In this document: in pieces, positions 28,601 to 41,021 of the stretch
Position numbering within the stretch: the first letter of the stretch is position 1
Layout of the letters: each line of letters starts with the position of its first letter
NCBI GenBank assembly: GCA_032718475.1
Contig: JAUCBJ010005626.1
Coordinates: 27,387 to 91,386, forward strand
DNA from: Nemertoderma westbladi
Taxonomy: Eukaryota > Animalia > Xenacoelomorpha
Length of the DNA stretch: 64,000 bases
Reading direction: 5' to 3'
The notes under the pieces: model-generated
What the model saw: the letters and a program-made list of their open reading frames with translations, nothing else
Database searches by the model: none
Told to the model about the DNA's origin: nothing
Translations under genes and position numbers: made by a program

Positions 28601-30186
28601 ATTATCCCGCCAGCTGAATAGCTCTTCCCAGTGCGCCAACTAATAGTATATTTATTGTAGTATAATGGTAATAATATGTTATTGTAGCTCAAGCCAAAGC
28701 TAAATTCCAGAACACGTTTTTTTTCTTTTTCTTTCTTCATGTCCGAAAATCAGCGGTAAAATGGAGACAGGAAAGAAGCTAAGAGCTTCTTAACAACGAA
28801 TCCGGCTTTAGACAGGGTAGTTTTTGACTAAAGCTGAGGCCGGCAAAAACACGATGGATGTTCGTTTGTATGTATGTTTGTATAAACACCAAATGGCTTC
28901 AAACCACTTGCATGTATTGGAAAATTGTAAACGCGACTATTTATCAAATAGTATCTACTGTAGTTGTTGAATAATAAAGCTGGGAACGATTCGATGTGCG
29001 ATATTCGAAATATTAGCATATTATCAACATTATGGAACGCGAAATTAAATACCTACAACTACACTTTGACAGCGGAACAACATTTTACTACTTATTGTCA
29101 ATTGGAGTTACGTATATTAATGATATGGTTAATTATTGTTCATCTTTATTCAATCGGTTAGTGTAATGACAAGCAGTACATAATTTATATTATCATATCA
29201 AAAAGGCCTATTGTCATCGTTCTCAATTGTAATGTAAAGGTTTAGTAGGTTTTGTATATCTGGCACGTTTACAACAGCTGTTAATTAAACTAACAAAACC
29301 AGAAAACTGAACCACGGAACGGGAACCAACAGCTATTTTAGTAGTAGACTCAATGAATCATTATTCATTTCACCAATTATAATAGGAGGCTTGTACGTAC
29401 ATTGGTTGCTTCCGATGTTTTTATTAGGCTAACTGAGAATGTATTAGGTATAAATAATTAGTGGCTCGCCCCACACCAAATGATGTGGAGTATTCCTCCC
29501 CAATAAACGGCTTTAGTTTATAGCTGAATTAAATACCGTAAGGCCTAATTAATTAATACTTAGATGATATTTAAGATTGCAGGATGTACCTTACGGTTGA
29601 ATAAGGTAAAAAACAAGCATTAAGGCAGTAATGCATGGCCTACTTTTCACTTTTTAAAAATTCACCTTTCAACTTTTTCGATTTCCTAAACAAAATTGTG
29701 ATTTTCTAAATTTTTTTCTGACCGTTTAGAATCTTTTCACAGTGAATATTATTTAAAAAAACCATGCCTGGGGCACATGCCTCACTGGCCTCATTGTAAA
29801 TCTGGGCGTGGAAATACTGCTGGAAATGCATTTTATTTATCAATCCTCCTCATCATGAATATAATTAATTGTAGTGTCAAAAGACGCGCAAAGACTCTCC
29901 GCTTTCAATTGATATAAGCCACGTCTGAAATGATTGAGATTTAATAAGTATTTTAATGAATCTAAAATCACCCCGCATAGAAAAACCAATATAAGAAATT
30001 ATCAGAGACACTGCGTAGTGACGTCAAATATGTAGCAGCCAATCACAGCCGATTTTCAAAATTGGCCTCCCGCGCTTACTTAAACCCATTTTCTACTGTA
30101 TATTACTATATACAAATCTAATTTAAAAAGTAGATTCAATTAAATAGCCAGCACTTTTGGACCTTCACACTTACTACAGTACAGCT

Positions 30187-30846
30187 TTAAGTGACGTTGT
30201 TACTGGGAAGCATAGCACGATAAATAATAATGTCTCTTTCAAAATCCTGATGTACCTGCTTGACTTGAAAAAATGCCTCCAATGTTTGAATAAATCTGAG
30301 ATCCTTATCATACCTCAGTTTACAAGATAAATATACAACGGTTTCCAAAGAGGACATTGCTTTGAGAGTATCTAACAAATCATTAAATGTATCTTCAATA
30401 TAAATAATATCTGCGCCCAAGATAACATCATATTGAACGATGTTATTATCCAGTTTTTTTCCCCAAACTAATAAATCAGCTGAAAGACTTCCGTGTGTAA
30501 TAGGAATATCATTGTTTAACCGGATATTTTCTTGTATCAGCGGTATTGCTAAACTGCGATCAGTTGCCGTGACCCGTGCAGCAAACCGAGAGGCAACAAT
30601 GGCCACCATACCGGTACCAGATCCCAGCTCCAACACACTCTTTCCTCCTACAATCGAAGGGTGGTCAATGATATAGGCTGCTAGCACGATTGCGGCATCC
30701 CACACAACCCCGGCCACTCCCAAAGACTGCCACTCCTGTTTAATGCTCACCGATAAATCTTTTTTCATTTTAATATTTCGGATAGGTTTATGGAATAGGG
30801 ACATTTCGTCGAATTCTTTATAAACAATAACCGCTTGAGACTCCAT
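30187..30846 (-). CDS. METTL21A: Protein-lysine N-methyltransferase METTL21A (HSPA-KMT) homolog, intronless, 219 aa
   Basis: QEWQSLGVAGVVWDAAIVL, SAM-binding VLELGSGTG, ATDR, ILGADIIY and CKLRYDKD are collinear with METTL21A. The likely start is MESQ at 30846; the ORF extends upstream to 30957. Confidence 0.92.
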   Translation of the reverse strand: MESQAVIVYKEFDEMSLFHKPIRNIKMKKDLSVSIKQEWQSLGVAGVVWDAAIVLAAYIIDHPSIVGGKSVLELGSGTGMVAIVASRFAARVTATDRSLAIPLIQENIRLNNDIPITHGSLSADLLVWGKKLDNNIVQYDVILGADIIYIEDTFNDLLDTLKAMSSLETVVYLSCKLRYDKDLRFIQTLEAFFQVKQVHQDFERDIIIYRAMLPSNNVT

Positions 30847-31429
30847 TGTATCGTGGCAACTACCAGTAGTAGTAACGGTACCGGTACAAAAAATATTTAC
30901 AGCATTGGAAAACGATATCATAAACAAAATATCTGTCAAATATATATGGCAATCCATTAAGTAGGCCTACCGTAGTAGAAACTAGAAGGAAAGTAGGTAC
31001 ACGCGTACACCGACCCACGGCCGACTACTATTCTTTCTGTAATCCTAGGCCTACTACTGTACTACTACAGTACAGCAGAACTAATCTGCTAATCTCTGAA
31101 TCTGCTAAAAGTATAACATGGTGCACATAACAGTAGGCCTATAATAGCAGGACAGGGTAGAGATAGGCCTACAATCTCCGCAATATGTCTGCTCTGCACT
31201 GATGCATGCAGGCATCTGTATGTAGAGGCTAGTATAATAGCAAGATAGGGCGCCATTCATGCCTAAAGTCAATGAGTTTCTCTGTGGGAGTTCTCAGAGA
31301 TTTTCTGGCCGCGTTAGCATTCACCTTTGAACAGCGCCGCATAGTGAAATAGTACATTTACAGAGTTGCGATTTACATTAATTGAAACGCCAAATTCATA
31401 CAACGATTTACACAATCTGTTTCAGACAA

Positions 31430-31860
31430 CTACTGTATATGCAAACATGGTGGTCTTCCATAGCAGCTTCACCTAAGGGTAATCTCTATTCCAAACACCA
31501 ATTCAAGAAAGAAAAATGTATTATTGCTCTAGCAGACAAACCTAATGCACGGAAGGCATTTTCCCGCTTCCGCTGTGGCTCTCACGATTTAAGAATTGAA
31601 TCAGGGAGGTGGTATAATGAACCTCGGGAAGAAAGATTGTGTGTTTTATGTGGCACAAATGAGATTGAAGACGAGATGCACTTCTTATTAAAATGCAATT
31701 GTTTTCATGACCTTCGAATTCAATTTATAAATAGTAGATACCACCAGAGACCAACACTGGCCAAATTTAGTGAATTAATGCAAGGCCTATCTCAGCGCGA
31801 TTTAATTATTAAAAATCTAGCATTGTTTGTCTTTTTGGCGATGAAAAGACGACATACGTT
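31430..31860 (+). mobile_element. LINE ORF2 C-terminal remnant
   Basis: RKAFSRFRCGSHDLRIESGRW..EERLCVLCGTNEIEDEMHFLLKC, the typical L2/CR1-group C-terminal Zn-knuckle region. Confidence 0.85.
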
Positions 31861-32829
31861 TTTCAGTCAGTGCGTTATAAAAACGCATGGAAAAGCCCAC
31901 AATAATTGGTATAGGCGAAAGAATGGAATTGAAAATTTGAAAATATTAAAAATAAATTTATATAATTTGATGTTGGTCAGTATTATAATTAAATAATTCG
32001 TAATTTATTAATAATATATGCTACTCGTCCCGTTTATGTGCAATTTCAAAATGTATATTTGCATGGTATATATCTACAGTATTTCTTAAGAAAGTTAGTT
32101 TAAATAGTTATACATTTTGTATACTACCGGTAATGGGTCAATGGGTGTGTTCTTATAACCGTTCTTCTTATAAAATATGTCAATATCGTAAACATGTGCT
32201 TGTACAATTTTATATATAAATATATTTTTTTTGGCGCTGGGCTCTGCTAACTTTATTTAACTAACTGAATTATTATGTAGAGTAATATTATACGTGAGTG
32301 GTGGTGGTAGTAAAACTACTAGAGACAGGTCAATTAATTGGTTATGTAACGTTACCGTACCGTAAATTTTGTTACTGTCAACAATAGCCAAATGTAGCTT
32401 GTTGGTAAATTAAATAATAATTATAATAATTAATAATAACAGATTTACAGAGATCGTTTGTGCCGGAACTAAAGGAAAACTCGGTCCGAGTTCGAAATAG
32501 GAGTAGTTTCAAGTACGAGTTCTCAGTTCGAGTTGGTAAACATTGCAAAAATTTTAAATTCACGGAAGTTTAATAAAGACTCTACGACAGAGAGAGTAAG
32601 GAGAGTACACCCTCTGTAAAAATGTAAAAATTTTTATTGCTTCTAGAGCCAAATTTAATGGGGATTTCAAATCTGAAAACCCCTTAGAGAGATCTCTTTT
32701 AGTTCTCGTGTTATCGTGAAATATCTGTCTTCTGTCCGCCATTTCTTAACTATTTGAATATTAATATTGCTGCCCTGCCCCTGCCCATCACTCGCACCTC
32801 ATACAGTAAGTAGTACCATTATTTTGCAG

Positions 32830-32994
32830 GATATTAAAATGGTCGGTACAAGGAGGGGTACTGCTGTTGTCATATACCCTATTCCGGATGGTACTTCGAT
32901 CTAAGATGTATCATTCATATAGGAAACAGTACTGGCGTCTATTGGCCAATCCGGGGCCGGACATAGTTGTATGTGATGAAGGTCACATAATGAG
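32830..32994 (+). CDS. ATRX: ATRX-like exon 7, Walker B (DEGH)
   Basis: W..QGGVLLLSY...LANPGPDIVVCDEGHIM; ttttgcag acceptor and AG|GTTGGT donor. Confidence 0.92.
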
Positions 32995-33013
32995 GTTGGT
33001 AATCTTTTACGGT

Positions 33014-33711
33014 AATATACACCATGTCCCAGAACATACACCATGTCCCAGAATATACACCATGTCCCAGAATATACACCATGTCCCAGAATATACACCA
33101 TGTCCCAGAACATACTGTAGTGTCGTAATTCAGGGACACCCCCCCCCCCCCCCCCCCTAATTTTTCTACAAATCTTAATGAGATTGCATGAAATTTGAAA
33201 CAGAGATAGTTTTACCTCCCGACCCGGCCACTGACTGGGTGAGCCAGAATTTTTGTTTTTGCTTTCGATCTTTAGCTACAAGCGTTTAAAAAAGTGTATA
33301 TGGCGATATTACACCAATCCCACCGCATTTGGTATTCTACCTAATACTGTACAATAGCTGTTTGTTGGTACGAATAGAAAGCTGTCCATGCAAGGATACC
33401 AAATATGTAACACAATTTGAATTTCGTTGAAAAATAGCTGAGATATGAGTGTTCAAATGTGGCATAGTAATGCACCTTCGCGAGGCTATTTCATTCTATT
33501 CAATAAATACTCAATATTCTGGAACATTTTTTTGAATGTAAGAATAGGCTACGTACGAGCTTTGTTGCTCAGCTATGAATTTGGATAAACAAAATATTCC
33601 AGAATAATATAATGCATTTATTAAATAGAATAAAATAGCCTTGCGCAGTCACTGAATCAGTCTGGAGTCAATGTCACTGAATTACGACACTATATTCTGG
33701 GACATGGTGTA
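33014..33711. mobile_element. Tc1/mariner-type MITE whose left TIR is amplified as about five 19-bp tandem units
   Basis: TA-CACCATGTCCCAGAA five times (33014-33115), and TTCTGGGACATGGTG-TA at 33695-33711. Related copies at about 48790-49209 and 12200-12460. Confidence 0.75.
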
Positions 33712-34402
33712 TGGTTGGATAACTACTTATAATAAAATAATGTAATAAATTTAATAATAAAATAAAATACAATATATTGCCTTCATTTCCGTGGTTACGT
33801 GTTCAACAGAGGTAACAAAGATGGGAGCGCTTTCGAGTGCCTCAGATGTTTCGTATTTAACATAGTAAATGTTTTAATATATAATATAATTATAGTGCAA
33901 TATGCAATATAATAACGCTCTTCATGGCATAATTAAGCAATTTTGTGCTTCTCTATTCGCTATATAGTTTAATTATTAACTGCTTTGGCATTGTATAGCA
34001 CTTTATTGCATTCTGATGTAATTTCACGAGCCTAACGAGCAAGGATAATAATAGAACGAGGATGGGAATGCAATAAAGTAGCCATAACTATTGATAATGC
34101 AATATACTGTATGTAATTTTAATTGCATTCATTTTCGTTTATTTTCTATCAATAAACTTGCTTCCAACTAGAATCTAACAGTAAATTGAACAGTAATTAA
34201 CAGTTGTAGGGTATACTGTACATCTTTTTATACTTAACAATGTGATGTGTTTTACATTTTGTCTTTTGACTTTGACTTTTACTCTTTAGTGTGAACGCGA
34301 CATTGTTATTATTTTAAAAATTCTAGAACATGTTTATTTATTCTAGATATTTTTCAAAAGAAAATATTATTCTAATTTCTGATTTACACTTTCGATTCTC
34401 AG

Positions 34403-34500
34403 GAACGAAAAAAGTGCTATAACCAAAGCTCTTAACACGATAAAGACAAGAAGACGGCTTGTGCTAACTGGAACGCCATTGCAGAACAATTTGGGAGAAT
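34403..34500 (+). CDS. ATRX: ATRX-like exon 8, motif III
   Basis: NEKSAITKALNTIKTRRRLVLTGTPLQNNLGE; ttctcag acceptor and T|GTGAGT donor. Confidence 0.93.
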
Positions 34501-35309
34501 GTGAGTTAAGTTAATTGTGATTTATTGAAGTGGGTTTGTGAAATGAACTGAACTACGTTGCGGGTTTGATGTGTTGGCTACTATACTGACACTAATACAC
34601 ACAGTGTACAACACATTGAATAAACATATAAATATAACGTATTATTATATCCCATAGATTGTATTGAATTATGCTAGGGTTTGCTACTGTATATGTGTTT
34701 CGAGTGCTGAGCAAATCAAACGCACAAAAATAGTTCTTAATTTTAGTATAGTTATTAATACTGTATACTGTACCAATACTGTATCAATATGATTACCACG
34801 GTGACGAGAGCGCGATAATTCCTTCTTAAATTATCAGAAATATACTTTTTCATTTTTATTCATGCAATAATATATAATTACAGGCACGTTATTAATATTC
34901 AAGTAAAACTGTACAGGTGTAAACTTACAGTATGTTTGGTGATGAAGTTAGTTTTTAAATACATAGATTTGATTTAGCACATCATTGGTAGACTGGAGAC
35001 TCCGCCACTGACCATGATACCACTAAGAGCCCTTGATGTATCATCGACACCACGTAGCTACTTTTGCCACTGCTTATCTGTCTTTGTCTATTGTATGATA
35101 TAATTCATACAAAGTCATGGGGCCCCATATTCACTTATTCACATACTGTACATACTTAGATTTGAATTTTTGAATAAAATTATATATAATTTATAAATTA
35201 AGGACCGCCATCAAAATTTATAACAAACCCCACAACCAACATTCAATAATTCAATATAATGATCGTGACATAAAGTACCCAATAACGTCACAAGAACCCT
35301 CATTGCGGT

Positions 35310-35452
35310 TTAACCAGCGAGTTTACTACATGTATTACAGCTGGTCTGGCAGAAGCTGTACATCCACAATGTCTCCACAGGGTCGTCACACAATCCCATA
35401 GACGCCTTTACTGGGCAATCTCCATCCGCGTCTGGGTTATTAACGCAGTCAA
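35310..35452 (-). CDS. ShKT gene B terminal exon (ShKT 6)
   Basis: DCVNNPDADGDCPVKASMGLCDDPVETLWMYSFCQTSCNTCSKLAG then TAA; ttttttag acceptor. Confidence 0.88.
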
Positions 35453-35535
35453 CTAAAAAATAAATCAACTTATAAAATACACAACCCCCACATAATTACA
35501 TTTAATCACGTTAGTTCTTCGGTTCAATACGTATA

Positions 35536-37068
35536 TTCCCTGCCTTCCCCTTGGTTACCCTTCCTCCCCTGGGTTTCCCTTCCTTCCCCTTGGTTACCCT
35601 TGCTCCCCAGGGTTTCCCTTCCTTCCCCTGGGTTACCCTTCCTCCACTGGGTTTCCCTTCCTTCCCCTTGGTTACCCTCCCTCCCCTGGGTTTCCCTTCC
35701 TCCCCTGGGTTTCCCTTCCTCCCCTGGGTTACCCTTCCTCCCCTGGGTTTACCTTCCTTCCCCTGGGTTTCCTTTCCTCCCCTGGGTTTCCCATCCTCCC
35801 CTGGGTTTACCTTCCTTCCCCTTGGTTACCCTTCCTCTCCTGGGTTTACCTTCCTTCCCCTGGGTTACCCTTCCTCCCCTGGGTTTCCTTTCCTCCCCTG
35901 GGTTTCCTTTCCTCCCCTGGGTTTCCCTTCATCCCCTGGGTTTCCCTTCCTCCCCTGGGTTTCCCTTCCTCCCCTGGGTTTCCCTTCCTCCCCTGGGTTT
36001 CCCTTCCTCCCCTGGGTTTCCTTTCCTCCCCTGGGTTACCCTTCCTCCCCTGGGTTTCCCTTCCTCCCCTGGGATTCCCTTCCTCCCCTGGGTTTCCCTT
36101 CCTTCCCCTTGGTTACCCTCCCTCCCCTGGGTTTCCCTTCCTCCCCTGGGTTTCCCTTCCTTCCCCTTGGTTACCCTCCCTCCCCTGGGTTTCCCTTCCT
36201 CCCCTGGGTTTCCCTTCCTCCCCTGGGTTACCCTTCCTCCCCTGGGTTTACCTTCCTTCCCCTGGGTTTCCTTTCCTCCCCTGGGTTTCCCATCCTCCCC
36301 TGGGTTTACCTTCCTTCCCCTTGGTTACCCTTCCTCTCCTGGGTTTACCTTCCTTCCCCTGGGTTACCCTTCCTCCCCTGGGTTTCCTTTCCTCCCCTGG
36401 GTTTCCTTTCCTCCCCTGGGTTTCCCTTCATCCCCTGGGTTTCCCTTCCTCCCCTGGGTTTCCCTTCCTCCCCTGGGTTTCCCTTCCTCCCCTGGGTTTC
36501 CCTTCCTCCCCTGGGTTTCCTTTCCTCCCCTGGGTTACCCTTCCTCCCCTGGGTTTCCCTTCCTCCCCTGGGATTCCCTTCCTCCCCTGGGTTTCCCTTC
36601 CTTCCCCTTGGTTACCCTTCCTCCCCTGGGTTTCCCTTCCTTCCCCTGGGTTACCTTTCCTCCCCTGGGTTTCCCTTCCTACCCCTGGGTTTCCCTTCCT
36701 CCCCTGGGTTTCCCTTCCTCCCCTGGGTTTCCCTTCCTCCCCCTGGGTTACCCTTCCTCCCCAGGGTTTCCCTTCCTCCCCTGGGTTTCCCTTCTTTCCC
36801 CTTGGTTACCCATCCTCCCCTGGGTTTCCCTTCCTTCCCCTGGGTTACCCTTCCTCCCCTGGGTTTCCCCTTCCTACCCCTGGGTTTCCCTTCCGCCCCT
36901 GGGTTTCCCTTCCTCCCCTGGGTTTCCCTTCCTTCCCCTGGGTTACCCTTCCTCCCCTGGGTTTCCCTTCCTTCCCCTTGGTTTCCCTTCCTCCCCTGGG
37001 TTTCCCTTCCTTCCCCTTGGTTACCCTTCCTCCCCTGGGTTTCCCTTCCTTCCCCTGGGTTACCCTTC
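35536..37068. repeat. 19/20-bp C-rich minisatellite (TTCCTCCCCTGGGTTTCCC), about 79 units
   Basis: Seen directly. Diagnostic variants recur at 499-bp spacing (35793/36292 and 36074/36573). Confidence 0.97.
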
Positions 37069-37444
37069 TTTTTCAGGTGATCAAAGTAATATTATAGTCA
37101 AATATTTCAACCAATGTATATTATAATGATATTATATATACTAAACAGGTCTTCATCAGTGGCGGTTCAGAATCGATCTCCTGACTAAGAAACTAATAAC
37201 TAAGAACTACTAGCACAGGAGTAAGTACAAAAATGAAATTTTTTTTTATTTCATCCATTGAAAATGGAGATTTTTCATTTTTGTACTTTCTCCTGTGCTA
37301 GTAGTTCTTAGTTATTAGTTTCTTAGTCAGGAGATCGATTCTGAACCGCCACTGATGAAGACCTGTTTAGTATATATAATATCATTATAATATACATTGG
37401 TTGGAATATTTGACTATAATATTACTTTGATCACCTGAAAAAGA
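37067..37444. repeat. 378-bp near-perfect palindrome (172-bp arms, 34-bp spacer) with a degenerate hammerhead-like core
   Basis: Arms 37067-37238 and 37273-37444 differ at about 2 positions and contain CTGATGAAGACC...GGTTG(A/G)AATAT. Confidence 0.9.
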
Positions 37445-37471
37445 TCGCAACCACCCCCCCCCCCCCCCCCT

Positions 37472-40400
37472 AACTTAATATATCTAAAAAATATTCCATT
37501 CCGGATCTAGTGTCTTACATGTTGCTAAGTCCAGACAATTACTTCCCTACCATTCAAGTTTGCCTCTGTTGCCATTGCTTATTTTTCTTATTTTTTTATT
37601 TAGAAGGCAATAATTTTCTTGATTTGAAAATTACATATCTGGGGTATATCATAGCTATTATTAAAATGGAAATGATTACTCATAACCATAGCAACGGGAG
37701 ATTTCCCTCTTATTCTCTAATTGCTAGGTGGAATTTATCCAAATTTACCGATGGTCATATAAAGTGTTTGGTGCGAACTCTAGATACTGATGTACTGGTT
37801 ATTATAATCGGGAAGTTTTATCACCTGGCAGATTTGGATCGAAGAGTTAATCTTTGGGTAGCATTTGTCACAGGCAAGCACTTCAATTATTATAACATCA
37901 ATAGTGCGTTTGATACCTTAGGTCCTGAAAAGTCACTCGCCTTGCCTGTGTTCCATAGCTTCCCATGCAACATAAAGCGGGCTGCCTACCAGATAGGAAT
38001 ATGGTGTACCAGCGATAAGAGTGACCATCGTGTAAGAGCGCCAGGTAGCTTTGGATTGTCATGAATGATGACACTCACTCTTGGAATCCTGTCTGGAATA
38101 TACTTCCAATTGCTTCCAAAGCATGCAAGTGCTTCCAAGAGAAAGAAAGGGTGTGGCACAAGATGTGCTTGCAAAATTGAAGATTGGAAGTGTACAGAAC
38201 TTTGCAAATGTCAATGCGAAAACTTTAATAGATCTATTAATTGTTATCTAGCTATATAAACACTACGTTGCTTTGATAAATTCCCAATATCTCTACCAAT
38301 TTCGACATAGCAGCGCAAAATTCGTCGTAGCGATGCAAACATTGTTGTTGCTAAATATATATTGCATACACTCTAAGACTCTGTAACACTCTAAGATGAA
38401 AACTTGCTATGGTAAATTCTTCGTTGATATGTAAAACTTACAGTTGCTATGCAAAACCCGCCGTTGCTATATACTGATGCAGGAAACTTGTTTTTGCTGA
38501 GACTAGAGAGCCAGCAAGCTGGCTGGAAGGAGCCCGGGGGGAAGAATCCTAGCCAATACTAAACTAAACAATTGTCTAAATGGTGTGATGATACATAGCT
38601 GACTTTGTGGCTTGCCCCACATAATAAAAAATGAAACTTTGCTGCCACTAACAACCGAATATTTATAAGAAAATGCCCATGATTCACAACCAGATAAATA
38701 ACAAGTTAGATTTACCAGTACAGGTACGGTTACCTTTCTTTTTGAAAACCATTAGATTTAACAATTAATAGAAGTCTAGGTCGCGGCGAAAAATAATAAC
38801 GCAAATTAAACAACCATACAATCGGCCTACACACTTTTTTATTATTCGAAATAAATTCGCTAACAGAAAATATCTAAACTAATTTATTTATTTACTAATT
38901 AATCTAAACGAGAAGGTGAACAATTGTTTCTACACAATTAATTATGACGACTTTTATGGGATATGTAATATTTACTGTTCAATAATAATTTACAATCTCC
39001 CATTCCAACACATTCCCAGAGAGTAATAATATCATCAATATAACAAACTAAGTGGATTATAATTCGATTTCTTCAGCCAAGTCCGATAGCTATTTTTCTG
39101 AAATTTATATTGCTAATTTAATTATTTGACATATTCTGTTTGTGGCGCAGACTATAATAATAATAACATTGTTGACATACAGTCTTTGAACCTTTCAGTC
39201 TTTCTCAGCAGTACTTTGTGGCTCGTCCCACATAATAAAAACTGAAACTTTGCTATGACAACACACCCGGTTCTTTTAAATTTGCGTGATTTGATTTATG
39301 CTCGCACCAATATTTGTAAGAAATATTAAAACTTATCTTACAGTATGCCAATGTAGTAATGGTATTAAAATATAATTAAATTAATTTACACTATTAATGC
39401 TTCAGCTAAAAAATCGTTTCAGCTAAAAAATCGTATGTAATAAAAAAAATAAGAATATTTTTAATATGTGTATATGTAATATAGGTATTACTGCTAAGTT
39501 AGGCAGTAGGCCAGAGCGGGCTCCTTAAATACATGCAACTACTGTATTATAGTGTAGGTCAACTATAAAACATTTTGCAATCCACAGTGAGTATCGACTG
39601 CAATAGGACACAACACACTGCTTTGTGTAACTAAAATTCATTCTCCTGATCCACCCCCTAACATAGCAGAGTGAGTAACCTTATTGTAGATATACCCTTA
39701 GGAAGCACTGGGAGAGCAATCAGCTTATGGGGTAATACATTAGAAACCAACAGCTTATGTGTGAGTAAACATTGCCTTTCCTTATAGCCTACTAGTAAAA
39801 CTTGGCAACCAACACGTTTTTCTATGACTGTGTATAACATATTAAGCCATATTTCATCATGAACACCAGCTGTTATTTTACCATTGCTTTTAATTTCGCG
39901 ACAAAACAATGTCAAAAAACTAAATATATCGAATACCACACATAGAATCGATCTGAAATTTTGTAACGCGATTATGAACCTCAAAAGCAATGTACTTGCA
40001 AAATTTCATCAAAATCGCCAGGCAGGAAGTGCCTTAACCTAGATAATTATCAGTCAGTATGTCAGTCAGTGTAATGTATCCTGAAGATTCTTACAGTAAG
40101 TATCCCGCTGTCAAGCGGGCTCCTAAATACAGTGAAAAACGTTGGTTGCTATGGAAAGCCTTTGTTGCTATGCAAGTATGGTAAGTAAACATAAATTACT
40201 ATTTAAATTTTTGTTCATAATATGTTTCTATATACTTCAGTGTTCATATTTCATAAAATTTGGAGAAATTCCACCTATCAATTAGTGTATAAGAGGGAAT
40301 TCTCCCGTTGCTATGGTCATGAGTAATTATTTCCATTTAAAAAATAGCTATAATAGACCCCGGATATATATTTTTCAATTTTATAAAATTATTACCTTCT

Positions 40401-40720
40401 AAATATGAAAATATGAAAAAATAAGAAAGCGCAAGAAACATAAATAATGAAACATACCCGTTGCTATGGTAACTATATTGACTGTGCTACAGGTCATAGA
40501 CCTCTACTATGTAATGAGGAACTAAGGTACGTGAATACGATTAAAGTTGAAGTTAACGGAAGATGTTTTTTTCAATATTTTCTCCACATTTCAAATGTTA
40601 TCGGTTTCCATGGCAACTGAAGCAAACTTGAATGGTCGGAAAGTAATTGTCTGGACTTAGCTACATGTAAGACACTAGATCCAGAATGGAATTTTTAGAT
40701 AGTTCGGAAATATATTAAAT
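37472..40720 (+). mobile_element. Internally deleted Academ(X)-like DNA transposon
   Basis: ~95-bp TIRs (37481-37576 and 40610-40701, TAGTGTCTTACATG..GCTAAGTCCAGACAATT). XPG/PIN-like remnant VRTLDTDVLVI..LWVAFVTGK..ALPVFHSF..HIKRAAYQ and a Cys-rich tail CGTRCACK..KCTELCKCQCEN. Confidence 0.72.
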
Positions 40721-40886
40721 TTGGCAGAATATATTTAGTGACTTGTGACCAACGTTGAATTATGATTCCTGCAATAAATATAAAATTAACAACATAGATA
40801 AATGAAAAAATTCCAGTGTTGTTATTAAACTGTTTTTGTTGTTGCCACGTTACACTACACGGTACAATTAATTAGTATAGACTTAC

Positions 40887-41021
40887 GGTAGCCATTACTG
40901 CATCGATTGCAAGAGCTCTGACACGTAACGTACATATACATGGGGTTACCATTACACTCTCCAATGGCAGCCAACCCTCCGCAAGTAGGTTCGTGATCAG
41001 CATTCTCTGTACAGAGCTGGC
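40887..41021 (-). CDS. ShKT gene B exon 6 (ShKT 5)
   Basis: CTENADHEPTCGGLAAIGECNGNPMYMYVTCQSSCNRC; atacag acceptor and C|GTAAGT donor. Confidence 0.9.

Larger units (their letters stand above)
20596..29810. mobile_element. hAT-type non-autonomous element expanded to 9.2 kb by nested insertions
   Basis: Termini CAGGGCCGGATTTA and TAAATCTGGGCGTG, flanked by an exact 8-bp duplication GAAATACT (20588-20595 and 29811-29818). Confidence 0.72.
2289..34500 (+). other. ATRX: ATRX/XNP-like SNF2-family chromatin remodeller gene model (8 coding exons; 3' part not found in window)
   Basis: Exons 2289-2322, 3156-4891, 11659-11818, 12665-12745, 15794-16047, 19725-19906, 32830-32994 and 34403-34500 join by GT-AG introns with consistent phases (1,0,1,1,0,2,2) into about 903 codons. 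Motifs match ATRX as recalled: RKDIRRIIDENLKTET, LKPHQIDGVEFMWDC, GCILAHCMGLGKTLQ, PGPDIVVCDEGH, LTGTPLQNNL. Confidence 0.88.

Noticed and set aside
30847-30957. 37-aa N-terminal extension of METTL21A
   Set aside because: Similarity to METTL21A begins at MESQ (30846), so the extension is probably 5' UTR, although it cannot be excluded.
35551-37126. Three long Pro/Leu/Phe/Gly ORFs (509, 508 and 258 aa)
   Set aside because: They are translations of a 19/20-bp A-poor minisatellite that has no stops in any plus frame. The starts are TTG and the unit length is not a multiple of 3.
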